From Octopus vulgaris (lineage: Eukaryota), in assembly GCA_951406725.2 (NCBI GenBank), contig OX597814.1, forward strand, positions 29,140,001 through 29,204,000: a stretch of 64,000 nucleotides of DNA, written 5' to 3'. Shown in pieces: positions 43,191 through 56,815 of this stretch. The notes under the pieces were generated by a model, which saw only the letters and a list, made by a program, of their open reading frames with translations, made no database searches and was not told the origin of the DNA. Positions within the stretch are counted from its first letter, which is position 1; each line of letters opens with the position of its first letter. Position numbers and translations under genes: made by a program.

Positions 43191-44499
43191 ATAAAAATAA
43201 TGATAAATTAATTATCAAATATTCTCTTCAAGGAAAGTTAAACTGAATTAAACTGTTTCGGAAAACTGATGAAGCAAAGAAATCAAGAGCGGATCCTAAT
43301 CCTTAACCCGCTAAAGTGCTTAATTGATGTTAAATGCCACTGGTCTGTTGTGATCAAGAGTTTTAGTTATCTGTTGATCATGTTTTTATTTTTTATTATT
43401 TTTTAATGATTTTAATTGCACTTCATTAAGAATACCACGGATTAAGGAAGATTCAATTACAGCACAAATCTGTCCGACCAAAACTACTTTCTTTGTTAAA
43501 TTGCAGACTTTATTGTTGTTGTTGCTGATCATACCTGATCGAGCAGACTTGTGATCAGAGACATTCCATCGCAGACCATCCCGTCTTTTACCTAGACGTT
43601 GTGCACATAGGACCATATTATTCAATGTGTCCTTTTTAAGATCGTAGAGTCTGAATTGAGGGAGATTTGGGTTATATTTCTAGCACATCGCAGGGCCACG
43701 TAGGTGCTTCTTCGCTGTTTTGCTCCTACTGTTGTATTTTGTTGCCCCAGGTCACCCTGACATCACTAACTTAAGATCATTTTTTTATTTTGGTCTAACA
43801 TTGTGTAAACCGCACTACATTATCGGATACAAGAGTGATTTTGAGGAAGACTTAGCTGCTATATCTAGCATATAGAACTATCCCATACACGACAGCCTTA
43901 TCGATTCGTTGCCGTCTTGGCTATTTATTCTTCAATGAAGCACGAACAGTAATATACCTTGTTGTTTTGTTGCTAAAATGAAATGTGAAATTTGGCTGTC
44001 ATAAGAACAGACACAAGCGAAGATAATAAAGTATTTTGAAAGAAGTAAACATCTTTAGTTTGTTAAGTGAAAATTAATGTGTTTTGATGTTTGTTCTTGA
44101 ATTATTAGATTTATCCTGAAAGAGTAAAAAAAAAGAGGAAAGAGTTTTTTTCAATTACACTACAAGAAATATATAATTATATAATAATATATTGTACAAC
44201 ACTCTTTCGAAAAAATACTCTGTTGCTTATTTCATTGAAAATATATGACTTCATGACAGAAAAAGTAGATACGTTCATACGTGTGTGTATACACGCACGA
44301 GCACACACACATACACGCCTAGACACTCAAGCACACATATATATATATGTGTGTGTGTGTAAGTATATGTAATATATATATGTACATATGTATATATTCA
44401 TAGACACACACACAGATACACACACATAAAAACACACACACATACAGACCTGCGCACACGCACATACCCACACATACCGCCTTCTCTTGCACTCTCCTG

Positions 44500-44863
<364 letters not shown>

Positions 44864-44923
44864 TTGTGTGTGTAGGCCGATGTTAGGAACTTTTCTTTTC
44901 CAGCAGTCTGATCTGTTGTGTGC

Positions 44924-44985
<62 letters not shown>

Positions 44986-45365
44986 CGACGTAGCAGTGCC
45001 AGGAGATCAACACATGTTCATGAAAGAAAGGAAAAAGCTTTTAAATATGAAGACCTGAGAATTGAGATCGCTAAGATGTGGCAGCTACGAGAGTCAAACA
45101 TAAAGGTTATCCCTATTGTCATCGGAGCATTGGGTACAATACCACCCAATCTGAACAAACACCTGAAGGCCTACAATCTAGATGTATTGCAAAAGTCGGC
45201 ATTACTTGGAACTGCACGCATATTGCGTAAAGCACTGTCTGTCTGAGGTCCTTATTGTGACTTGACAAACAGTACAAACCCCCGGTAGACACAATATCTT
45301 CAATCAATAACCTCACGATATTGTTTATTGTGCGACGTCTAGAATAGTAATAATAATAATAATAA
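44986..45365 (+). mobile_element. R4/Dong-like LINE 3' end (second subfamily) inserted in (AAT)n
   Basis: EKAFKYEDLRIEIAKMWQL...IPIVIGALG...LQKSALLGTARILRKALSV*, with (AAT)n on both sides. Confidence 0.85.
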
Positions 45366-45915
45366 AATGCCCTGATGCAGTACCAGTGGCTCTCATGGCT
45401 TCTGATCTTAACTGATTGGAACATGTACATGCTTTGTCTTGGTGTAAAATATGGCCTACAGCAAATATTCTGTTCAGTACCACAGATTTGCTTGTTAGTT
45501 GCTTGGCCTTAGCCACTTGAGCATGTCTCTTAGTGGCTGGCAATAAGTGCATCTCTGATCATGAACAGGATCAGTGGGAGAAGCATCATAGCCATGTGTT
45601 GAGAGGAATTCTTTGGGTTTTGAACAATTCATCTCTGGAAATATGAGTGTTTCGTTCATGATCCTTAAACAACCCTTATCCAGGGACCTTTTGAGCAGGA
45701 TGGGCCACTCAACCTGAAGAACATTCTAACTAGGCCCCACCTGAAAGTTCATGTGATATTTACATTGATATGAGATTACCATGTTGTACACATATGGTTG
45801 TGATGCATATGCCTGGTGTAGCCTTATCAGATGGGTAGACACGGGCTTCGTATATTTTACCTCTGTGTCACTTTGATGGCATGCGGTATTCTCTCCCTCA
45901 ATAACAATAATAATA
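45366..45915. mobile_element. (AAT)n-flanked non-coding repeat family, longer copy
   Basis: Homologous to 17416-17770. Confidence 0.75.
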
Positions 45916-46379
45916 ATCCTTTTTGTTATAAGCATAATGCCTAAAATTTGGGGGTGGATAGTTGATTACATCGACCCCAGTTCTCAACTGATACTTATTT
46001 TATCGACAACGAAATGAGGAAAAGCAAAGTCGACCTCGGCGTCATTTGAACTCAGAACATAAAGAACTGGAAGAAATGCTGCTAAGCATTTTGTCCGACA
46101 TGCTAACGAGGATAACATGGGTAAAAATGAATCTATTATCGTTATTATTATTATTGTTCTTGCAGTTGTCTCTTATTTGGACAGAATCTCAGACGTTTAA
46201 GAGGAAGGAGTTGATTACATTGAACTCAGCAGTTGACAAGCTGTAGCAGGGTTCATTTTAGCTACCCATTACCAATAACAAGTCAAATAATTACAAAAAT
46301 ATAGAAGGAAAAAGATACTATCAAGCGGAGACTATAAAGCCAATACAATGAATCGATTGATCACATCTTTCCATGTAGC

Positions 46380-46905
46380 TAAGTGCTTCCCAAGACCTTC
46401 TATATTCATAGGCATAATAGAGTCTACATGAAAACGAATAAAACGTATTATAAATACCCCCGAAACCTATCTTACAACAACACTAGTCGCAATCATCTGG
46501 GACTTGCTTGTCCAGATTAAAATGAGATATGATAATCAGCGCTAGAACAAAAGAAATTGTACCCTTATAAATATCTTGATCCATTCTGATGAAAACATTT
46601 CCATTAAAGAAGATGGGGAAACTGACAAATTACAAGGATCTTGAAAGTAAAATAAATATAACGAAAAGGAGAATGAAATATAAAACAGTACCAATAATAC
46701 TTGGAACATTATGTATAAGTAAATATATGAAAACAAGTATCAAAACAGGGCTCTCGGCATTACGTACAGTCTGAAAAGTAGTTAAACTAGGTACATCAGA
46801 TCTTATACTCAAAACACTTTCAAAACAAGGGCATATCTCAAACAGCATACTTTCCGAGCACAATGCATATCCAGTAAAAATAGCCGCTCGATATAAATAA
46901 AATAA
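46380..46905 (+). mobile_element. Decayed R4/Dong-like LINE 3' end
   Basis: IIWDL...DENISIK...KLTNYKDLE...KTVPIILGTL, a degenerate version of the 17-kb copy. Confidence 0.6.
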
Positions 46906-48313
46906 CTCTCTCAGTGTCTATTCTACGGAATCGCTATCAAAAAATATAACACATCACATAATCAATCACCGAGAAATAAAATAATGCAACATATGTTCTT
47001 ATCCTATAGTTGACACTATAGTACCAATAGCTCGCACAAGTCACATTCTTATACAGTTGTCACCCATTAATATAACACAACACGTACAACATATTCCGTT
47101 CAATTTCATCCAATAAAATAATAGAACATAATTTTACATAATCCATACCCGACACTATAACACCAACAACTGACACAATTTACTGCCTATACAGTAGGGA
47201 CCCAATAATATAACATCTGTAGTGCATATATTGCACGATCAACGTCTGTCACTAAAATACATAGCACTAAACATACGGCACATACGAAATACTAAATACC
47301 ACCCACCAAAATAACTACTAACAACAGAATAATAAGCCATACTGCTCATAATCTCCACAACAAACACATGAAACAGTAATATAGCATCAGAAACAACAAA
47401 ACAAATCTCGTTACACTATAAAATAGATACAAACACAAATATACATTTCCAAAATACAATGCTGTATACACCACAGGAAACTCGCATAAAACTGCTGGAA
47501 ACATGTTAATGATAATAACAGCGCTTTTGTCTGATATAGGGATGGAATTAAGCCAAGAAAAATATTCACTCCTAATAACTGATCGTGGCATGAGTAATTG
47601 CTTTCCAGATCGAAAACATACAAATTGCATCTCCCTACATCTTCATTCAAAACAATAAGTGAAGTGATAATAATCGTGGTAGTGATAACAGCTATCGAAT
47701 ATTTAAGACACGACCTTAAGTTAAGTAAAAGACTATCTGATATAATTGATCGAATAACTGAATATTTGTTCTCGAAACCAACATTAGCTTTACTATTTAC
47801 TTACGTTTTTCCATAGACTCTCGTTAACCTAAGCCTCGAGTGAAATTGGTCTCACGGAAACTGTGGGGAAGCATTGTCGCGCATTTTCTCATGCTGATTT
47901 TTTTTTTCTGGGGATTGCATTAAGGGCACATGTTTCAATAGAATGGTGAGATACTTTCACAATGATACGAGGAGTATTTTGTATTTCTATAGAAATACAA
48001 AATGGCTGACGGCTAGTAAGGAGAGACACAAATAAGAAAGAAGAAAACAAAGGACCACTGATGCGGTCACAGGAGTGTGACGAAAGAACTCTGGCCGAAA
48101 TAAGATTAAGATTAATGTAAAAAATAAATAACACTGAAGCAAAGTAACACCAAATATATAGTGCGTGTGTTTTTATTAGCTAAACTGGCAAAAATGACCA
48201 TTCCGAAATATAACAATATATATATATATACATACATACATACATATACATATATACATATACATGCATACACACACATATATATGCATATATACATCCA
48301 TATATATATAGAT

Positions 48314-48386
<73 letters not shown>

Positions 48387-48890
48387 CGCACACACATGTG
48401 TGCATGTATATACATAAATGCATATGTGGTTGTGCGTGTGTATTATCTATATATGTATGAGTGCGTCTTTTTGTACATATGTGTGTCTGTGCATGTATGT
48501 ATATTATACGTATATGTATCCGTACGTGCGAGTGAGATGGTACCGTTATGAATATATTTTTGATTGCATATATTTATAAATAGTTATAGGTTAATAGATA
48601 TACCTGTCACTGTCTGAAGCCTTCATATATACGTGTATATACATATACATATACACATAAATATATATATACATACATACATGCATGTACCTGAGCACTG
48701 TATACAACAATTTTCTTTCATATACAAGCATGCATACTTATGTGTGTATATATACACACACATACACACACATATATATATAGTTACATCCATTCGCACA
48801 CACAGATACACATATATATGTGTGTGTATGTGTGTATGTATGTCTATATATATGTATATATATATATATATATACATACATATATATATG

Positions 48891-48970
<80 letters not shown>

Positions 48971-48975
<5 letters not shown>

Positions 48976-49506
48976 GAAATATTAAAATTACTAAGTCTCT
49001 CTAAAGGAGATTACGGCAGCGTTACTGGAAATTATTAGTTATCGCCATACTTATATGGCAGTCTTATAAATATAAGACTAAAGCTGTTACTGATTAGCTC
49101 CAAGAGGCCACCGCCTCAAGCTAGCTATTTGACACACAACCTGCGTCCATTATAAACCTTCGAACAGGGGAGGTCAGCCGCTTCATGCTGCCAGTCAGAC
49201 AGCTGCAGACATGTTTCAGGGTATTTGCCCTTTATCAATGCAGCGTAGTCAGACCCAGCAGGTGTCGCTACTGACTGTCCCTGTTCGAAGAATCTATTTA
49301 CCTAGTTTCAGTGGAATACATCCACTTGTTTTCAATAATAGAAATATTGAAATTACTAAGTCTCTCTAAAGGAGATTACGGCAAAGTTACTGGAAATTAA
49401 TTGTTATCGCCATACTTATAGCTTGAGGCGGTGGCCTCTTGGAGCTAATCAGCGACAGCTTTAGTCTTATATTTATAAGACTGCCATATAAGTATGGCGA
49501 TAACTA
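48971..49506 (-). mobile_element. Family D HHR element: 365-bp unit, partial direct repeat and inverted segment, in (TA)n
   Basis: TAATAGAAATATT recurs at 48971 and 49336. 49419-49506 is the reverse complement of about 49036-49123. Confidence 0.85.
49202..49244 (-). ncRNA. Minimal type I hammerhead, U3-A8 variant
   Basis: GCTGCA-TTGATAA-AGGG CAAATA CCCT-GAAAC AT GTC-TGCAGC. Confidence 0.7.
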
Positions 49507-49589
49507 TATATATATATATACACGCACATATATATAGACATACATACATACACATATATATGTGTATCTGTGTGTGCGAATGGATGTAA

Positions 49590-49633
<44 letters not shown>

Positions 49634-50004
49634 ATGTATACATATATACATATGTATATATATTTATTTATTTATTTATTTATGTATATAGTTTCTAACT
49701 GTATCCCTTGAAATTATAAGACGTCTAGCTGTCTACCAATAATATAAATTGAGAAGCTAATATGATTATCTTAACAAATGTTAAAGAAAGCAATCTGTAT
49801 TGAAGTTGACGATGAAATATTCCATGGCCTGAGTATACACTACTGAGTCAATTCTATGTTTTTTTTGTACCTTCGCGCGTAAACCCTACTCTCACTTATA
49901 GAGGCCGAATACTAAATACGAAATACGAGCCTTCGCCGAACGCGTTCTGTGTTGTGTAAAATATGTGTGTTAGATGTGCAATGAATGCCTAATATATACG
50001 TACA

Positions 50005-50237
50005 AAGGCGGCGAGCTGGCAGAAACGTTAGCACGCCGGGAGAAATGCGTAGCCGTATTTCGTCTGGCGTTACGTTCTGGGTTCAAATTTCGCCGAGGTC
50101 GACTTTGCCTTTCATCCTTTCGGGGTCGATAAATTAAGTACCAGTTGCGCACTGGAGTCAATATAATCGACTTAATCCGTTTATCTGTCCTTGTTTGTCC
50201 CCTCTGTGTTTAGCCCCTTGTGGGTAGTAAAGAAATA
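50005..50237 (+). mobile_element. SINE S2, full length with 14-bp TSD
   Basis: AATATATACGTACA at 49991-50004 and 50238-50251. Confidence 0.92.
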
Positions 50238-50283
50238 AATATATACGTACATACATACATACATACATACATACATACATACA

Positions 50284-50314
<31 letters not shown>

Positions 50315-50547
50315 CCACGCAGCAGATGAGAAAGCCTACTTTTTTTCTGTCGAGAGCTTATATGCCCCATTTTAAGACTATTTTCCTTAGTCATTGCTCG
50401 GTGATCGCTGTAAGCTTTAAGCCATGCCTGCGCCTATATAATTACCATTATTATTATTTACAGGACTTTAAAACTCGCACCGTATAACAAAACCATTCGC
50501 ACCGAAAGCACATGCAATTTTGTTTACACACACACACACACACACAC

Positions 50548-50616
<69 letters not shown>

Positions 50617-50818
50617 ATGTGTGTGTGTGTGTCTTTGTATCTATATTTGTCCCTCACCACCGCTAAACAACTGGTGTCGGTGTGTTTACGTCCCCGTTGC
50701 TTCGCAATATATATATATACCCTCCTTCTTCCCCTTTTTTCCTGAGCGCATAATAATACTTTAATTGTTCCACATCCTCGCGTTGTTGTCTTTTTTGTTT
50801 TCTTGTTTGGATTAACTT

Positions 50819-50899
<81 letters not shown>

Positions 50900-50902
<3 letters not shown>

Positions 50903-50976
50903 TGCGAAGCAACGGGGACGTAAACACACCGACACCAGTTGTTTAGCGGTGGTGAGGGACAAATATAGATACAAAG

Positions 50977-51048
<72 letters not shown>

Positions 51049-51200
51049 GATGGGCTTCTTCCAGTTTCCGTCTACGAAATCCACACACAAGGGTTTGGTC
51101 GACCCGAGGCTGGAATAGAGGACACTTGCCTAAGGTGCCATGCATTCGGACTGAACCCTGAACCATGTAGTTGGGAAGCCAGCTTCTTACCACACGGCCA
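50900..51200 (-). mobile_element. SINE S1 with part of its body inverted-duplicated at 50620-50710
   Basis: 50620-50710 is the reverse complement of about 50898-50990. Confidence 0.85.
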
Positions 51201-52669
51201 TTTCATGTACACAATACACAGTTACGAGCTACTAATAGTTTCCTACTTTGGAGATGTAATCTAGGGAAGTTCTGATAACATGCGTTGTGTCTCCAAGCAA
51301 TCTTGTGCTCTGAGCTCATGGTCTATACAATTTAGAAATCAGGACACTTGCTCTAACTACTAGGTACGTACCCAAACATTATCCGAGATGACCTATTTCT
51401 TAAAGGCTCTCAGAGTGCTGTTTATGAGAGTTTTTGCTGCTATTTCTTGTTAGTCGATCTATCACAGAGTAAAGATTTTGTAACAATGCTATTTTGAGCT
51501 GTAAACTCAAAGCATTTGACATTAGACTAAATGAGAATACGTTGCCCTCTACCTGGTAGAAATAGCAGCTAAATCTCACTCAAATTTCATGTTAAAGCAA
51601 GAACATTTTGTTGTATAATGTGGCTCCTGTTACAGGGCGTTTGAAAAATATAACGAGGTGGTCGTTTTGGAATGCACTTTGCTAACAGGTCTCCTCTACT
51701 CTATCATAGTTCACCTGGAGCTACAGCAACAGCAGCAGCAGCATCAACAATTGCAACGATGCCGATGGCGACGATGACAACAGCAATAACAGCAATTAAC
51801 AGCAAATTAAATACCACAGTTATCGTTTATCATTTATCTTTTATTTGTTTCAGTCATTGAGCTGGAACCATGCGAGAGCACTCTCTTGAAATGTTTGTCG
51901 AACAAATCCCACCTCGTCCTACAGCACTGTCTGGTACTTATCCCTTCGGTCTCTTTTGCCAGGCGCTAATGTTACAAGGTCGTAAACAAACCAGCACTCA
52001 TGTGTGAGTGAGAGGAGTTTCGATAATTGGTTGGCGTGCACATGTATACTAACACACATCACAGAACTTTTTCAAAAATTTCAAGTTTCATTTTGTAGAT
52101 ATACATGTAATGCATGTAAGCATTATGTGCATGTGTACGCCATTTTCTTTTTCCACATTAATTCCGATATAATCGAAGTCTACACCATTTAAAAGGTATT
52201 TCCAGACAATTTCATTCTAAAAAATTACTATTTTTCTGAAAGTTATAAGGAAAGAAGCTCAGCGGAAAACAATTCAGTATTTATGCACATAAACCTAATC
52301 ACTAAATTTCAGTATTTTCGAGAAAAAGATTTGTAGTATACACATAAGCCTCACTGGTGTTAAAAACATTATGTATTATAAAGAAATATATATAAAGTAA
52401 TTTGCGGCATGTATGCTCTAATTTCTGGGCAATTGCAAAGTATGTAAAACACAAAACATGTTTCTAATTTGTGATGTCAAGTCCGCTGAAGCTTGTCATT
52501 GTGTTGAACAGCACTCATGTTTACTATATAAGCTGATGGATATCTATGTAACTTTGATATTCATTCTTAAACGCAAGCGTCTTTCCATTTCGCGATATTA
52601 AATACTTATATTGCTTTTTATTACACAATTTAGGTATAATTAATGTAAGTTATAATGTACATACATTTA

Positions 52670-52723
<54 letters not shown>

Positions 52724-52885
52724 TATACATATATATACATATGCACATATATATATACACACGTAAATATATATTTATATGCATATACATCTATATATAT
52801 GTATACGTATATGTATATGTATGCATATATATATATTTACATATATGCAAAAATATATATAGACATATACACATGCATGTACACA

Positions 52886-52958
<73 letters not shown>

Positions 52959-53152
52959 ACATTATATAAAAGGGCTTAGTAAAATAAATTACTTCGCCGC
53001 ATACTGAACTCATTAGAAATAGCAGCTAAAAAAACTTTTTTAAAGCTATTTCTAATACTTAAAGAAAATCTCTCTCATATATAGTGTTTGCTTAATTCAA
53101 CTCACAAAAGTTTGGGGGTAATGACATCAAAAAATCAAATGCTAAGGTTATT

Positions 53153-53204
53153 TGAGTACGTACGTTTCAAGATTAGTTAAAACAACATTTCTATCTTCAG
53201 CTCA
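53153..53204 (-). ncRNA. Type I hammerhead ribozyme, unit 1
   Basis: TGAG-CTGAAGA-T AGA AAT GTTG TTT TAAC TAA TCT T-GAAAC GTAC GTA-CTCA. Confidence 0.8.
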
Positions 53205-53699
53205 GAAATTCCTTGGTTTGGATTTGGAAACACTGAAAGTAAGAACATACCCCCTCGAAGATTCGCTCGTTACTAACAGTGCCAACAAACCCAAAATAAG
53301 CAAGTGAAGAATTTCTGTTCTCCCCTTTCCACCAGCGTGGGTTAAAATCATCAAACGCTATGCTTATTTCGGTAAAATCCGAAGCATTAATTAGAGGGAG
53401 ATTAATTATAATTTCAACAATTGAGGGTAAAATTAATTAATTATTAATCAGTTTCACCAAGTGTTCAGTATGCAAAGGGACCATTTAAGGCGAATTCAAA
53501 TTATTACATTATATAAAAAGGGCTTAGTAAAATAAATTACTTCGCCGCATACTGAACTCATTAGAAATAGCAGCTAAAAAACTTTTTTAAAGCTATTTCT
53601 AATACTTAAAGAAAATCTCTCTCATATATAGTGTTTGCTTAATTCAACTCACAAAAGTTTGGGGGTAATGACATCAAAAAATCAAATGCTAAGGTTATT

Positions 53700-53751
53700 T
53701 GAGTACGTACGTTTCAAGATTAGTTAAAACAACATTTCTATCTTCAGCTCA
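53700..53751 (-). ncRNA. Type I hammerhead ribozyme, unit 2
   Basis: Identical to the unit 1 motif, 547 bp away. Confidence 0.8.
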
Positions 53752-54095
53752 GAAATTCCTTGGTTTGGATTTGGAAACACTGAAAGTAAGAACATACCCC
53801 CTCGAAGATTCGCTCGTTACTAACAGTGCCAACAAACCCAAAATAAGCAAGTGAAGAATTTCTGTTCTCCCCTTTCCACCAGCGTGGGTTAAAATCATCA
53901 AACGCTATGCTTATTTCGGTAAAATCCGAAGCATTAATTAGAGGGAGATTAATTATAATTTCAACAATTGAGGGTAAAATTAATTAATTATTAATCAGTT
54001 TCACCAAGTGTTCAGTATGCAAAGGGACCATTTAAGGCGAATTCAAATTATTACATTATATAAAAGGGCTTAGTAAAATAAATTATATATATATT

Positions 54096-54128
<33 letters not shown>

Positions 54129-54516
54129 CAATATAAAAGGTTATAAACATTATCATTATGAGAGTTTCATTCGAAAAAATATTTTAATTCCTGTTATGAT
54201 TTAATCCATATTTTAACTGTTTATATGATGTCTTTTAGAATTTGTAATAGTACGGCTTTCTTTCATATAATTAGTTCTAATGTTATATATAATTGCTAAC
54301 CATCGACGAAATATTTTGCTATATAGATAAACCCACACGTGTATACGTTGTGTAATTTAAACCCACTATAAAATTACAAAATCATACATATGTTTCTGCT
54401 ATCTCTCTATCTCCCCCTCTCCCCATATATGCATATATATGTATATGTATATATGTGCGTAAATATGCATGCATACATTCATGCATACATATATATACAT
54501 ATACATATACATATAT

Positions 54517-54592
<76 letters not shown>

Positions 54593-54593
54593 G

Positions 54594-54627
<34 letters not shown>

Positions 54628-54818
54628 AAATATCTAGCATGTTGACTGTCCACTTTTCGTGTGCAGTCCTTAATTGGTATATATATATATATATATATAA
54701 CAAAGTGGAGTTGTGGGGTACGTATATATATATATATATATATATATGCGATACAATTAAGTCTCAGTTGATGGAATCTTTAATCTCCATTCTGTCAACA
54801 CTTCAAACGTAGAATTCT

Positions 54819-54909
54819 TCCCTGAAGACGGAGACTGGTGGTACTCGATGACGAAATTATGTTACAAGCATTATTTTGCAGCACCAAGCGCCCAGAAACG
54901 ATTGTTGGA
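54819..54909 (+). ncRNA. Decayed hammerhead motif with long stem II
   Basis: TCC-CTGAAGA-CGGAGACTGGTG...CACCAAGCGCCCA-GAAAC GATT GTT-GGA. Confidence 0.5.
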
Positions 54910-54997
54910 CTCATAAAAATCCTACTCAACCCCCTAAATTCCTGATATCATTTCCATTCTATGTAAGTCGGACTTTTTTTTATATCTGTACATTTTC

Positions 54998-55359
54998 TAT
55001 TTGTTTCAGTCATTTGATTACGGTCATGCTGGAGCACCGTCAGTTTCCGCCTACCAAATCCACTCGAAAGGCTTTAGTCGGCCCAAGGCTATAGTAGAAG
55101 ACGCATAAGGTACCACGCATAAGGTACCACGCAGTGGGACTGAACCCAGAACCATGTGGTTGGTAAACAAGCTACTTACCACACAACCATTCCTGCACCT
55201 CCACACAGCCACTCCTGCGCCAATGTACATTTTTGTATGTCGACTTGTCTCCCTTGCTTATCCTTATATTTACTCCTCTACCTGCTCAAGTTCAAATCCC
55301 AGAATACCTGTCTCTAATATCTCTCTCTCTCTTTCTCCCTCTCTCCCTATATATATATA

Positions 55360-55410
<51 letters not shown>

Positions 55411-55628
55411 TATACTGTTTTACTCTTTTACTTGTTTCAGTCATTTGACTGTAGCCATGCTGGAGCACCACCTTTTTTAGTAGAGCAAAAGGACCCGGGA
55501 CTTATTCTTTGTAAGTCTAGTACTTATTCTATCGGTTTCTTTTGCCGAACCACTAAGTTACGGGGACGTAAACACACTAGCATCGGTTGTCAAGTGATGT
55601 TGAGGGGAAAACACAGACACACAAACAT

Positions 55629-55698
<70 letters not shown>

Positions 55699-55822
55699 GT
55701 ATATACATACATACATACATACACGACGGGCTTCTTTCAGTTTTCGTCAACCAAAATCCACTCACAAGGCTTTGGTCGGCCCGAGACTATAGTAGAAGAC
55801 ACTTGCCCAAGGTGCCACGCAG
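54998..55822 (-). mobile_element. Two SINE S1 copies (54998-55220 deleted, 55418-55822 full length)
   Basis: S1 head and tail matches. Confidence 0.88.
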
Positions 55823-56058
55823 TGGGACTGAACCCGGAACCATGTGGTTGGTAAGCAATCTACTTACCACACAGCCACTCCTAGTTTCATTCGATTCCAT
55901 TCGATTTAAAGTTTCGCAAGACTCTTTTACAGAAACCAGTTTTCTGTAAAAGAGGCCTGCGAAACTTTATGGTGCATGGAGCCAAATGAAACTATTTTAA
56001 ATAATATATGTAAGTCCTACAAAATGTGTTGAGTGCCTGTTTTTTCATTTGTCTATAT

Positions 56059-56145
<87 letters not shown>

Positions 56146-56210
56146 TTACGTTAAACAGTGGTTTATAATATCTGTTCCTACGTACGTTTCCTCATTATAT
56201 AAGCACACAC

Positions 56211-56268
<58 letters not shown>

Positions 56269-56273
56269 TGATT

Positions 56274-56357
<84 letters not shown>

Positions 56358-56392
56358 TGAGAAATTACGTTAAACACTGGTTTGTAATATGT

Positions 56393-56489
56393 GTTCCTAC
56401 GTACGTTTCATCATTATGGTTGCTTAGTAATTTGTAATGGATGTTCAAAATGTAACTAGATGCTTAACCACAAACGACCATCATGGAAC
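56393..56489 (-). ncRNA. Degenerate hammerhead motif with mutated core
   Basis: GTTCC-ATGATGG-TCGT T TGTGGTT...AACCATA ATGA T-GAAAC GTAC GTA-GGAAC. Its 3' half is duplicated at about 56143-56198. Confidence 0.4.
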
Positions 56490-56626
56490 TCTGTATTGCA
56501 TTATGCTACAAAGAACTAATGTCACTGAGAATTTATGAACTCAGTTCTCTGCAATACAATACAATAAAGTGTTCCTTGATGATCCATTGTGGATCATACA
56601 TTCATACATATATACATGCACACACA

Positions 56627-56664
<38 letters not shown>

Positions 56665-56755
56665 TATGTATATATATAAGCATATACACATTGCAGTAGG
56701 GAATATACATGTATACACACACACATGCACACACACACATACACACACACACGTG

Positions 56756-56815
<60 letters not shown>

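Larger units (their letters stand above)
52953..54085 (-). mobile_element. Retrozyme-like tandem array: about 2.07 x 547 bp, one HHR per unit (family C)
   Basis: ATTATTACATTATATAAAA starts at 52953, 53500 and 54047. The units differ only in A-run lengths, and (TA)n lies on both sides. Confidence 0.85.

Noticed and set aside
47840-47930. Possible Tc1/mariner-superfamily DFFFWG motif
   Set aside because: Too short and degenerate to support a feature call.
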